In this document: one piece after another, positions 1 through 11,035 of the stretch
Numbering within the stretch: position 1 is the stretch's first letter
Layout of the letters: each line of letters starts with the position of its first letter
DNA from: Octopus sinensis
Lineage: Eukaryota
Direction of reading: 5' to 3'
Length of the DNA stretch: 64,000 bases
Assembly: GCF_006345805.1 (NCBI RefSeq)
Contig: NC_042999.1
Span: forward strand, 55,242,001-55,306,000
The notes under the pieces: model-generated
Told to the model about the DNA's origin: nothing
The model's input: only the letters and a program-made list of their open reading frames with translations
The model's database searches: none
Position numbers and translations under genes: made by a program

Positions 1-19
1 TCTGCCAGCTCGTCGCCTT

Positions 20-424
20 CAACAACCAAAGAAAAGAAATTGGAAGGGTTTCAAAATAAATGTTACCGAAAAATGTTGAAGGTCTACTGGTCGAATATGA
101 TGTCGGATAGCCAACTACACACCAAGGCTAACATGAAACCAATAAGAGAAACTATTGAAGCAAGGAGATGGAAATAGCTGGGTCGAGTTTGCCGCTATAA
201 ACCGAACTGAATTGTTACAATGGGATCCACAAGGTAAAAGAAGACATGGCCAACCAAAGGAAACATAGTGGAGAACAATAACAAAAGATCTTAAAAGCAG
301 AAGGGTTAACAATGGAATAAGCTGTCAAGGATGCGTTCAGTGTTTGAAGGTGGAATGATTTTGCTGTCGCCTCAAGTGCCACAAAGCACAATGAGAACCG
401 AATGAATGAATGAATGAATGAATG
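20..424 (+). mobile_element. Degenerate 3' end of an RTE/RTE-X-like LINE with (GAAT)n tail
   Basis: Frame +1 reads KLEGFQNKCYRKMLKVYWSNMMSDSQLHTKANMKPIRETIEARRWK*LGRVCR, resembling the post-RT C-terminus of RTE-type ORF2. It has internal stops and ends in (GAAT)n at ~400-424. Confidence 0.7.
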
Positions 425-949
425 GATAATAGTTTTTAGTTTTGTCGTTCAGGACTAAAAAGATAAATGCAGCTGTACTATTATGGTGGTGATTGGATTT
501 AAGTGTTGTTGGAGTAAGCTACGTTCTCCTGTCTTTGTCGAAGAATGGTTTTGACGGTTCCAGTTGGTGGCGAGTGTGCAGTGTACGGTTAGCACGAGGT
601 GTTTAGGGATGTACGTCCGAGTACGGAAAATTAAAAGAGAATTGTGTAGGGTAGCTCCATGGTATCGTCTCGAGAGTAAGCTGGAAATAGCAGCCAGCAG
701 ACTTTTGTACGTTGCGATAGAAGAAGACAAGGAGAAAGATAATCGAACCTTGGGGGAGGATACACCCGAATAGACGGGACACGTATCAGTGATTTTTCAA
801 GATATTTTGCAATGGCATGAAAAATGAGAACCAAATTCTGAGCCAATAGATGAGAGACAGATGTAGGCCATAAGCTAACAAATTAGCTGAGAGAGTCTCA
901 TGTCAGATACGGTTGAAGGTTTTTACTGTTGGCTTCACTAAAGATCTAA

Positions 950-1500
950 AGAGCAAGAAACTAGTGATGTTTGTCCAGCTGTGCTTGGAGTAGATCTTTT
1001 ATCGAAGCAAATGCCTTCCACCCTGCCTTTACCCTGCGCAAGATTTCAGCGTCCATGTCTTGGCATATATTTACTGTCTGCCCCCAAGTACGCGTACATC
1101 TTTTTACCTCCTCAGTTTCATCACTTCCCCACCATTATTCGGCTTTGTATTACGTTTTCAAATCGTATGTTTTTTTTTGTTCGCGTGGCATATTTTGAGG
1201 CCTACAGCCAAACTCTGGGTGCCAATATCAGCATTGTCTGCTGCTAACTTGCGATGAGCACGATGTTGCCTGCAAATCAGAAGTGTGTAAATACCATACC
1301 GTTGACAACGTGCTTCCAATCGGTGTCTCTTACGACCAGAGAGATAGTATCTCCTTGTTTGACATCCTCCCCAATTGGAAATCTTACAGCTGGAGATAGT
1401 AAAGCTATATCTGTGCCCATTCCGAAGTCATCTTGCAGAGAAGTTTGATATATCGTGCCTCAGCTCCTAATATTTCCAGAGACCATAGCACCACATTCAT
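950..1500 (-). mobile_element. Degenerate RTE-clade reverse transcriptase remnant
   Basis: Minus-strand pieces read FPIGEDVKQGDTIS (cf. GVKQGDTISP), VNGMVFTHF*FAGNIVLIA (cf. LRFADDIVL) and, in shifted frames, YLGQ and DAEILRRVKAG. Frameshifted, with stops. Confidence 0.7.
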
Positions 1501-2278
1501 TATACATTCCCTTATTGATTTAATTTGGTTACCGATTTAGGTAATTGAATCAAAACCAAACACTGGTGGCTTCTAGCTGATTCGATCAACGGAACAGCCT
1601 GCCCGGGAAATTAACATGCAAATGGCTGGGTATTCCACAGACACGCGTACCCTTAACGTTGGGTACCCTTTGAATTACAGACACATCTCATTTTTGCCAG
1701 CTGAGTGGGTTGGGGCAATGTGAAATAAAGTGTCGAACTTAAACACCCAAAGCGTCCCTAGGAATGGAACTCCCTACCTTACGATTACACTTTCATCAAA
1801 TTTCTTGGTGTTTGTATTGCATCATGAAATTGATACTAATTTTGATACTTAATACTAATTAATTGATACTAATTAATACTAATATTATCTTAAAATATTA
1901 GTTTTAACTTTTGGCAAAAGGCCATTGATTTCCGGTGGCAAGTAAATCAATTACCCAGACCCCAGTATTTAACTGGTACTTATATTAATTAAACAGGGTT
2001 TTCATTTGCATAATCCTTCTGGTAATTACCCTGTCGCTTACTTCCTCAGCTCCTCCTCTTCCTCTCTCTCCTTTGTTTCTATGATTCTTTCTCTCTCATT
2101 GTGTTCGTGTGTAGGATTCATTTACTCATTGCCTGCCACCAAACCTTATATGTGTACTTATCTTGCACCCCCTATCCCTTTTATTACTTTCCTCCCTCTT
2201 CATACAATGTAAAGTGTGACTGGAGTAACAGAGCAACCAACCAGCCAACCAACCGACCAACCAACATCACGACCATTA

Positions 2279-2327
<49 letters not shown>

Positions 2328-2356
2328 ACACCGACTATAAATGATATCATATTATC

Positions 2357-2523
2357 TTTTGTCTTTCACTTGTTTCAGTCATTAGATTGACCAAGCTGGA
2401 GCACTTTTCTGAAGAATTTGAGTCGAACGAATCGCCTCCTGTACGTTTGCCGAACCGCCAAGTTACAGGGACGTAAACGCACCAATACCGGTTGTCATGT
2501 TAAGGACAAACGCAGAGACAAAG

Positions 2524-2574
<51 letters not shown>

Positions 2575-2738
2575 ACAGGCTTCTTTCAGTTTCCGTCTAC
2601 CAAATCCACTCACATAGCTTTGGTTGGTTCGAGGCTATAGTAGAAGACACTTTGCCCAAGGGTGCCACGCAGTGAGACTGAACCCGGAACCATGCGGTTT
2701 GGAAGCAAACTTCTTACCACACGACCACGCCTGCGCCT
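2357..2738 (-). mobile_element. SINE family A copy (tRNA-like head, internal (TA)n/(TG)n, CR1-like tail)
   Basis: Head GGCGCAGGCGTGG...CAGTCTCACTGCGTGGCACC, body GGATTTGGTAGACGGAAACTGAAAGAAGCC and tail ..CTGAAACAAGT. About 20 related copies are visible, e.g. 16128-16490(+), 16685-17070(-), 17330-17730(+), 25465-25835(-), 26740-27090(-), 29700-30040(-), 39105-39510(-), 40376-40805(+), 41120-41580(-), 50108-50522(+), 50575-50800(-) and 62900-63200(+). Confidence 0.85.
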
Positions 2739-2944
2739 ATATTAGATATCCGTGTCCGCCTGTCTTTCCTCTTCACCGCTCCGTCTATTCATATACTTGA
2801 ATACGCGCGAGTATGTTTTAATAAATACATCGAACACACACGCACAGCTATAACAGTGAAAAACAGGCATACATACTTTATTGCAAATGGCTTTTCACTC
2901 ACTTCCTTTATCTCGTTCATATAAATGCATACGCACATACATAC

Positions 2945-2997
<53 letters not shown>

Positions 2998-3739
2998 ATA
3001 TATGTGTTTGGGTGTAAACATACAGACGTATTGTCATGAACAAACATACTCTCTCTCTCTCTCTATCTATCTCTCTGTATATATTTGTATATATACACAC
3101 ATATATTCATGTCACACACATGTGTGTGTGTGTGTTTATCTGTGTGTGTGTGTGTGTGTGTGTACGTATGTAAGCCATTACTGACGTTGATGTTAGTCTC
3201 CAGTGCTCCCAGATGGCAGCACGTGGTGGAGTCTGTTGAGATTAGTGTTATGTGAAACAGTCACATAAATCTGTAAGTTGGGGGGATGTTGGGGGAAGTA
3301 GAAGGACTGGGTTAGTAAGGAGGGAAGATAAATAAACAGACAGAGCAGAAAGACATTGTGTGCACTGTTAGCAGGCAGGGCAATGCACTGGAGATGATCG
3401 AGAGACACTTCCATATTGCCGCTGCATCGACTTAACCTAAAATAGAGGAGGCAACACCAGCGAGATATAGAGGATCTTTTAAAATATGAAGGAAGCACAT
3501 GTGGGTATATCATGGTGCTAGGTTCACTAGAACTGAAATACAAACAGTCTAACCATGGAAAGAAAGCCCATGCTCCGCGAAAAGATTGCTTACTCAAAGA
3601 GTTGATTTGAGGGCGAGACAGCGTCGACAGCGAACGCCAGATAATTGTGAGGAATATCTTTCTATCTCATTTGTTAGCATAAAAGTATCTTCGCGCGGGC
3701 CTTGTAGGTTTGCAAGCTAAATGGCGACCACAATAGAGC

Positions 3740-3928
3740 CGGTGGCACAAAAGCGCACTTAGTCCACAATGTAAAGTGGTTGGTATTAAGAAGGGCATCC
3801 AGCCATAGCCACCGTGTCAAAGTGGGCATTGGAGCACAACGCAGTCTTCGGACCCCACTGGCCCCCGACAAACTGTTCAGCCTATACCAACATGGTTGAA
3901 GATGGACATTAATGATGATGATGATGAT
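3740..3928 (+). mobile_element. Short retroposon fragment ending in a (GAT)n tail
   Basis: GGTGGCAC..AAAAGC..GTGGTTGG..TTA.GAAG...CCAAC.CATG...GGAC.TTAA(TGA)n. Related pieces lie at 6655-6836(+) and ~8610-8700(-). Confidence 0.55.
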
Positions 3929-3969
3929 GGCGATGTATATATACATATACATACATACATATGCACATA

Positions 3970-3986
3970 CACACACACACACACAC

Positions 3987-4044
<58 letters not shown>

Positions 4045-4548
4045 CAAAATAATTGTATACACACACCATTTACATACGTTCATTTGTACAAATAGAAATA
4101 TTTCTTATACCCTTGTATACACACAGCATGCGTGTGTATGGTGTGCGTACGTGTATACCCCCACCCACCCTCATTCACTTACACACACACACAAAATAGT
4201 TATGTATCTAAACTTGTACAAATAAGTATGATCGCACTTGTGAATAGGCCTTGCCATTTCTATGAGAACCTACCCGGGTACACAGATATTATATATATAC
4301 ACCCGAGAGGAGCATTTGGTACGGTACACAGCTGAAATTCAATTCAATCGGAGTGCAACTACACCCACCCGCACAGTCACCCATCCCCACCACCCTCTTA
4401 CAATATTTCTCAAATCTCGACGTGTTTTTGTATGTACGTATGTGTTTATGTATGCATATGTATACGAATATATGTATGCACACACACATACACACACATA
4501 TATATGTATATATTATGTATATATATATATGTATATATATATGTATAT

Positions 4549-4592
<44 letters not shown>

Positions 4593-4669
4593 ATATACAT
4601 ATATATATATAATATATATATGTATGTGTGTATGTGCGCATACACACATATATGTACATATAGAGACAC

Positions 4670-4739
<70 letters not shown>

Positions 4740-5941
4740 ATGTATGTATGTATATGTACAATATATACATCTTATGCATACTCACAGGTATGTGTGTGTG
4801 ATTATTTATGTATATGTATGTATATATAAATATATATATATACATATTACATCCCCACATATATGTATACATTATACTTAATACATATACACATATCTAT
4901 ATATACATACATGCATATACGTAATATATGCACGCACGTGTACACATGTATACATGTATGACATATATATAGGCATGTACATACGTATAATCTTAGACGC
5001 ACGCACACGCCAAAATACATAAATTCTATAAGTTATGATGACGATGGAGGGGCGGGAACCAAAAGATCTTTGGGCTGCCGTAGACGTTGCCTTGTTGTTG
5101 TTTTTTTGTTTAAACTGCGCTCAGAATTTCGTTATCTAAAGTGTTCTTCTTCTAACACAATTAGATTGCGACTTGAACGAGATGTGACTGTTATTTCTAG
5201 CTGTCTTATTTTGCAGCATCACAACCCCTTCCATAGGCTCACACACACACACACCAAATATATATATATAATATATATCTATATATATATATATTATATA
5301 TATATATCAGACAAAATAATTGTATACACACACACATTTACATACGTTCATTTGTACAAATAGAAATATTTCTTATACCCTTGTATACACACAGCATGCG
5401 TGTGTATGGTGTGCGTACGTGTATACCCCCACCCACCCTCATTCACTTACACACACACACAAAATAGTTATGTATCTAAACTTGTACAAATAAGTATGAT
5501 CGCACTTGTGAATAGGCCTTGCCATTTCTATGAGAACCTAACCCGGGTACACAGATATTATATTATATACACCCGAGAGGAGCATTTGGTACGGTACACA
5601 GCTGAAATTCAATTCAATCGGAGTGCAACTACACCCACCCGCACAGTCACCCATCCCCACCACCCTCTTACAATATTTCTCAAATCTCGACGTGTTTTTG
5701 TATGTACGTATGTGTTTATGTATGCATATGTATACGAATATATGTATGCACACACACATACACACACATATATATGTATATATTATGTATATATATATAT
5801 GTATATATATATGTATATTATGTATATATATATATATAATATATATATATATATATACATAATATACATAATATATATATATATATATATGTATGTGTGT
5901 ATGTGCGCATACACACATATATGTACATATAGAGACACATT

Positions 5942-6007
<66 letters not shown>

Positions 6008-6501
6008 ATGTATGTATATGTACAATATATACATCTTATGCATACTCACAGGTATGTGTGTGTGATTATTTATGTATATGTATGTATATATAATATATAT
6101 ATATACATATTACATCCCCACATATATGTATACATTATACTTAATACATATACACATATCTATATAACATACATGCATATACGTAATATATGCACGCACG
6201 TGTACACATGTATACATGTATGAACATATATATAGGCATGTACATACGTATAATCTTAGACGCACGCACACGCCAAAATACATAAATTCTATAAGTTATG
6301 ATGACGATGGAGGGGCGGGAACCAAAAGATCTTTGGGCTGCCGTAGACGTTGCCTTTGTTGTTGTTTTTTTGTTTAAACTGCGCTCAGAATTTCGTTATC
6401 TAAAGTGTTCTTCTTCTAACACAATTAGATTGCGACTTGAACGAGATGTGACTGTTATTTCTAGCTGTCTTATTTTGCAGCATCACAACCCCTTCCATAG
6501 G

Positions 6502-6503
<2 letters not shown>
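3970..6503. repeat. Tandem duplication, two units of ~1.27 kb
   Basis: Unique anchors recur: ATCAGACAAAATAATTGTATAC at ~4038 and ~5306, and CCTTCCATAGGCTCACAC at ~5227 and ~6491. Unit boundaries lie in (CA)n tracts. Confidence 0.95.
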
Positions 6504-6536
<33 letters not shown>

Positions 6537-7929
6537 ATATTCGTGCCCTGTTGTTGAAATACATACCACTGCCACCCATCCTCTTAGCTTATTTATATTT
6601 TCAATTATACAAATGATCCCGGTCACGTTTTCTACCCCTCCCTAATTTTCGCCAAACTGGCCCTCGTGTCGGTGGCACGTAAAAGCACCCACTACACGCT
6701 CAGAGTGGTTGGCGTTAGGAAGAGCTGTTGAACCTCTGCCAGATCAGATTGGAGTCTGGTTCGCCAGACTTCAGTCAAATCATCCAACCCATGCTAGCGT
6801 GGAAAGCGGACGTTAAATGATGATGATGATGATGATTAAACGTTTCATAAAGTTGGACAATTGCTGTGACGATGACGCTTATGGAGCCAGAAACACGTAG
6901 CTAGTTGTTTTGATCCTAGAGCTTCTCATTTGGAATCGGTATCAACTTCCACCAAGCGATTGTCCTACCTTCTCTGCAAGCAGGGACAATTTTAATATCA
7001 AGAATCCATTTTGTATGGTATTTAATATACCTTCATTCGCTTTTGTTGCTCAATTTTATGTCGCTGGCCGCTTTGAATTCTTTTTGTTTCATTGTGGTGG
7101 TTGGTAGTTTCGGGTGGTGCAGAGGTAGCAGAGGAAGTGTACGTGGTTGTGGCAGCAATGCTGTGACGGTTGTTGTATGGGCGTGGTAGTAAAGGTGAAG
7201 ACCTTAAAAACCCCAGTTATAGTGCGGAGATGGTGAGGACGTAGAGACATTATTGTTGCGGTGGTGGTAGTGTGGTTATTGCCATTATGTTGGTGTTGCG
7301 GTGGTAGTGAAGTGGTAGAATTGCGGTGACGGTAGTAGGTGATAAACCTAGGTGGAGATGATGGACACGGTGTTAGCGGTGTTATTGTTGGTGGCGGTGG
7401 TGGAGATGATGATGATGATGGTCGTGGTGGCGGTGGTGATGGTCATGATGATGGTGGTCGAGGTAGCGGTGGTTAATGGTGGTGGTAGTGGCGGTGGCGT
7501 AGACCCAAGACGTAAAGTTGTTTGACTGCTTTTGACTTTCATTCATTTATTTAGCCAGGGTGTTTAGCAGCGCGGGTGGATATTGTATGCGTGTATGTGT
7601 TCAGGTGTATATTTATATATATATATATCCATTCATGTGTATGCATGTATGTACAACATATAATATGCGTGTGTGTGTGTGTGTGGATATGTAGGTGGAA
7701 GTGGGGGTGGGGTGGGCGAGGAGATGTACGCCCCACCCATCCTCTATATTCAACCAAGAGCTTCCTTTCACTTTTTAGTTTTCACTCGAAGAGATAAAAA
7801 AAAAACCCAGAAACGAACAAGAACAACGATGGTGGGATATTTTTGAAAGTACGGCTACTTAGTGAAACAATCATACACGCCTACACACACACGTATTTAT
7901 ATATATAAACACACACACACATATATATA

Positions 7930-7965
<36 letters not shown>

Positions 7966-8479
7966 CGTGTGCGTATAGTTATATATTTATATTTGCTCGT
8001 GCAAGTATTCAAGTGTGTTTATATATGCACACACATGTATATGTTGGGCCAGTATTTATACACATGTGTGTGTGTGCGTGAATGTGTGTGTGAAAACGTG
8101 TGTGTGTACTTGCACACACGTACAGACACACATTGACATATTAAAAGCAATAACTACACACACTCTTTGGCCTCAATTCTGTCTGTTTATATATTGAATG
8201 GCAATTCATCCCCCCCCGCTCGCCAGCGGCAACCCTGGGAAAGTTGTGTTATCTCGGTGGAAACCTCACCCCCCCCACCTACCACCCACCTCTATAACAG
8301 GAGGATCTTCATTCACAGTCCCAGCTTTGCTTCTTTGTCATCCAGCATAGGGTACAGTAGTATGTATGTATGTTGAGCATGAAGTGTTAACTACCCGCTC
8401 CAATCACACAACACAATATTCTTGTGATTAGGTCCAAGTTAAGGTGGAATAAAAGTAGTTGGTCAGATACACCGGCGAT

Positions 8480-9110
8480 CAGAACAACGTCATTCTAGAA
8501 CATCATTCGAATGAAGACCTCCAGAAGAGAAAACAAAGTCAAGTGGACTGCAAACATTGTAGTACAGAACATTCATATCTGACATGAGAAAAGCCAAATG
8601 GGCGCAAGCGTAACTGTGTGCGAGACGTAGTTTGTTTTGGCGTGGTTTCTACACTTGGATGTCCTTCCTAATGCCAACCACTTTACAAAGTGTAGCACAT
8701 ATACAGATGATTCTCGACACAAAACAATATCAGAACTTGATCGATTAGGTCTTTGTGAATGGATGGCACTCAGCCTGATTGAAGTCAGCTCCCAGCAAGA
8801 CACGTTCGCTTTTTCCCGAAACTGGAACCCAAACAACTGAAGAATGACACCTGGGCGATAAACATGGCAGCTGAAACCAGCTCATGATGGTCATGGTTGG
8901 ACAAGAAGCTTCAGATAAAAGCGTTCTGTAGGCGAAGACTAATTCAGTCGTTGTTGCCCCACCCAGGCAAAGTGTAGAGGCCGAGAGGAGAGAGGCTCGT
9001 GAATCTGAGATCCTTACTGATGATATAGAAGGGTTTGCACAGTCCAACGGCTTTAGGCACCACCAGAAGGATTGGCTTGCAATAGTTCTTAAACAGTGGG
9101 ACATAAGGTG
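8480..9110 (+). mobile_element. Very degenerate RTE-like 3' remnants
   Basis: Fragments IRMKTSRRENKVK / IRNEDLQKR-like, TDDIEGFAQ and VLKQWD resemble RTE C-terminal motifs. The region is interrupted by a SINE piece. Confidence 0.35.
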
Positions 9111-9268
9111 TGACAAGGCTGTACATTTTATATTGTAGGTACAAATTCGCCCGACGCGCCTCCTTATAGTATCCGTCCACTCAATTTCATTCACAAAGTG
9201 TGGGCCATTTCGAGGATATAAAAAAGACAGTACCCTTAGGCACCATGAAGTAGGGTCGAATCTGGAAG

Positions 9269-9505
9269 GTTGTGTTAATGAAGCAAGCTCCGTTTAACCA
9301 TTAAACCAGCGTTTTTTAACCGGAGTTCCCCTGAACCCTAAGGTTCCGCAAAAGGCATAATATGTCGTGCATGTATAGTAATGTTACGAGCATTAGCTTA
9401 TCTCACTCTTTCTCGCAGAACCCCCGGGAACCTTAGGGTCCCGGGGAACTCCGGTTGAGAAACGCTGGTTTAATTGTTAAACGGAGCTTGCTTCATAAAC
9501 ACAAC
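9269..9505. mobile_element. Inverted-repeat element with a hAT-MITE-like core
   Basis: Arms of ~79 bp at 9269-9347 and 9427-9505 are reverse complements with a few mismatches. The inner part begins CAGCGTTT(C)T(C)AACC, typical of hAT-Charlie TIRs. Confidence 0.75.
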
Positions 9506-9671
9506 TTATTGTAATATTGTAATGTAGACATCATCCTATCTAACCTATTATGTTATCAAAAATATAACCACACACACACACATATGTATATATATATATG
9601 TGTGTATATATATATATATTATATATATATATATAATATATATAATATATATATATATATATATAATATAT

Positions 9672-9705
<34 letters not shown>

Positions 9706-9732
9706 ATATTATATATATATATATAATATTAT

Positions 9733-9768
<36 letters not shown>

Positions 9769-9769
<1 letters not shown>

Positions 9770-9955
9770 CGCCATGATACATCGTTAGCCACTACACACA
9801 TTTTTTTCTCTCCTTGTTTTTTCTGTGTCACTTTCTGTAGAAGAGCGTAGGCTCGAAACGTAAAAGACTTTTTCTATACCTGAGCGTTATACTAATACAT
9901 CTGTTTTGTACACCACCTGTCTTCGTCTTTTGTTTTTTTCGTAAACTCTCTCTCT
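9769..9955 (+). mobile_element. ~190-bp dispersed repeat with a hammerhead-like motif (Penelope pLTR-like)
   Basis: Homologous to 44610-44780(-), 44780-44925(+) and 47350-47548(+). Contains CTTT CTGTAGA A GAGC GTAG GCTC GAAAC GTA AAAG. Flanked by (TA)n. Confidence 0.65.
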
Positions 9956-10604
9956 ATATATATATGTATGTATGTATGTATATATATATACATGATATTT
10001 ACCACATGAATTACGATGAAAAATATGAGAAAGATATGGTATGTAATTTTTTATTTTTGTGCAGGGATTCGGTGAGACATGTAATTTATTTTATGGGTTA
10101 CGCAAGAACAAAAAGGTTGAGAAACACTGCATTAAATCATACTGCGCCTCTGTCTGTGTGTGCGCATGCGTGCATCTTTTATTCTTTTATCTTTTTCTTC
10201 TTTCAGTAATGAGACTGCGGCGATGCTGGGGCACCTCCTTGAAGAATTTTAGCCGAACAAATCGACTTCACAATTTTTGTTTTAAAGCCAAATACTTACT
10301 CTATCATCAGTCTCTTTTGTTGAACCGGGGACGCAAACACACCGATACCGGTTGTCAAGCAGTGATGGCGGACAAACACATTTACACACACACAGACGTA
10401 CATACAACTGGCGTCTTTCAGCTTCCGTCAACCAAATCCCCTCATAAAAGTTTGGATGGCCCGAGATATTTGCCCAAGGTGCCACGCAATGGGACTGAAC
10501 CCGGATCTATGTGGTTGGGAAGCAAATGTCTTACCTCACAACTCACCTATATATGCGTGTGTAGATAATGTATATCTCCAGTGACATCGTTAACATAACA
10601 ATAT

Positions 10605-10787
10605 AGGCGCAGGAGTGGCTGTGTGGTAAGTAGCTTGCTAACCAACCACATGGTTCCAAGTTCAGTCCCACTGCGTGGCATCTTGGGCAAGTGTCTTCTG
10701 CTATAGCCCCGGGCCGACCAATGCCTTGTGAGTGGATTTGGTAGACGGAAACTGAAAGAAGCCTGTCGTATATATATATATATAATA

Positions 10788-10821
<34 letters not shown>

Positions 10822-11035
10822 TTGTGTGTCTGTGTTTGTCCCCCTAGCATTGCTTGACAACCGATGCTGGTGTGTTTACGTCCTCGTCACTTAGCGGTTC
10901 GGCAAAAGACACCGATAGAATAAGTACTGGACTTACAAAGAATAAGTCCCGGGGTCGATTTGCTCGACTAAAGGCGGTGCTCCAGCATGGCCGCAGTCAG
11001 ATGACTGAAACAAGTAAAAGAGTAAAGAGTAAAGA
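10605..11035 (+). mobile_element. SINE family A, near full-length young copy
   Basis: GGCGCAGGAGTGGCTGTGTGGTAAGTAGC head to (GAGTAAA)n tail. Nearly identical to 61916-62345. Confidence 0.9.

Noticed and set aside
430-870. Penelope-like N-terminal ORF (HNSLLIFRTRTYIPKHLVL)
   Set aside because: The resemblance is too vague, with no RT or GIY-YIG motifs. Left unassigned.
3368-3436. Possible CYP exon 2 (TTTTAG|VKSMQRQYGSVSR..., resembling VEYHKKYGKIFR)
   Set aside because: There is an in-frame stop after 22 codons, no usable donor before it, and no further CYP similarity.
4132-6223. Numerous YI/CV/HT-rich ORFs here and throughout the window
   Set aside because: They are translations of (TA)n, (TG)n, (CA)n, (TCTA)n and (TATG)n microsatellites.
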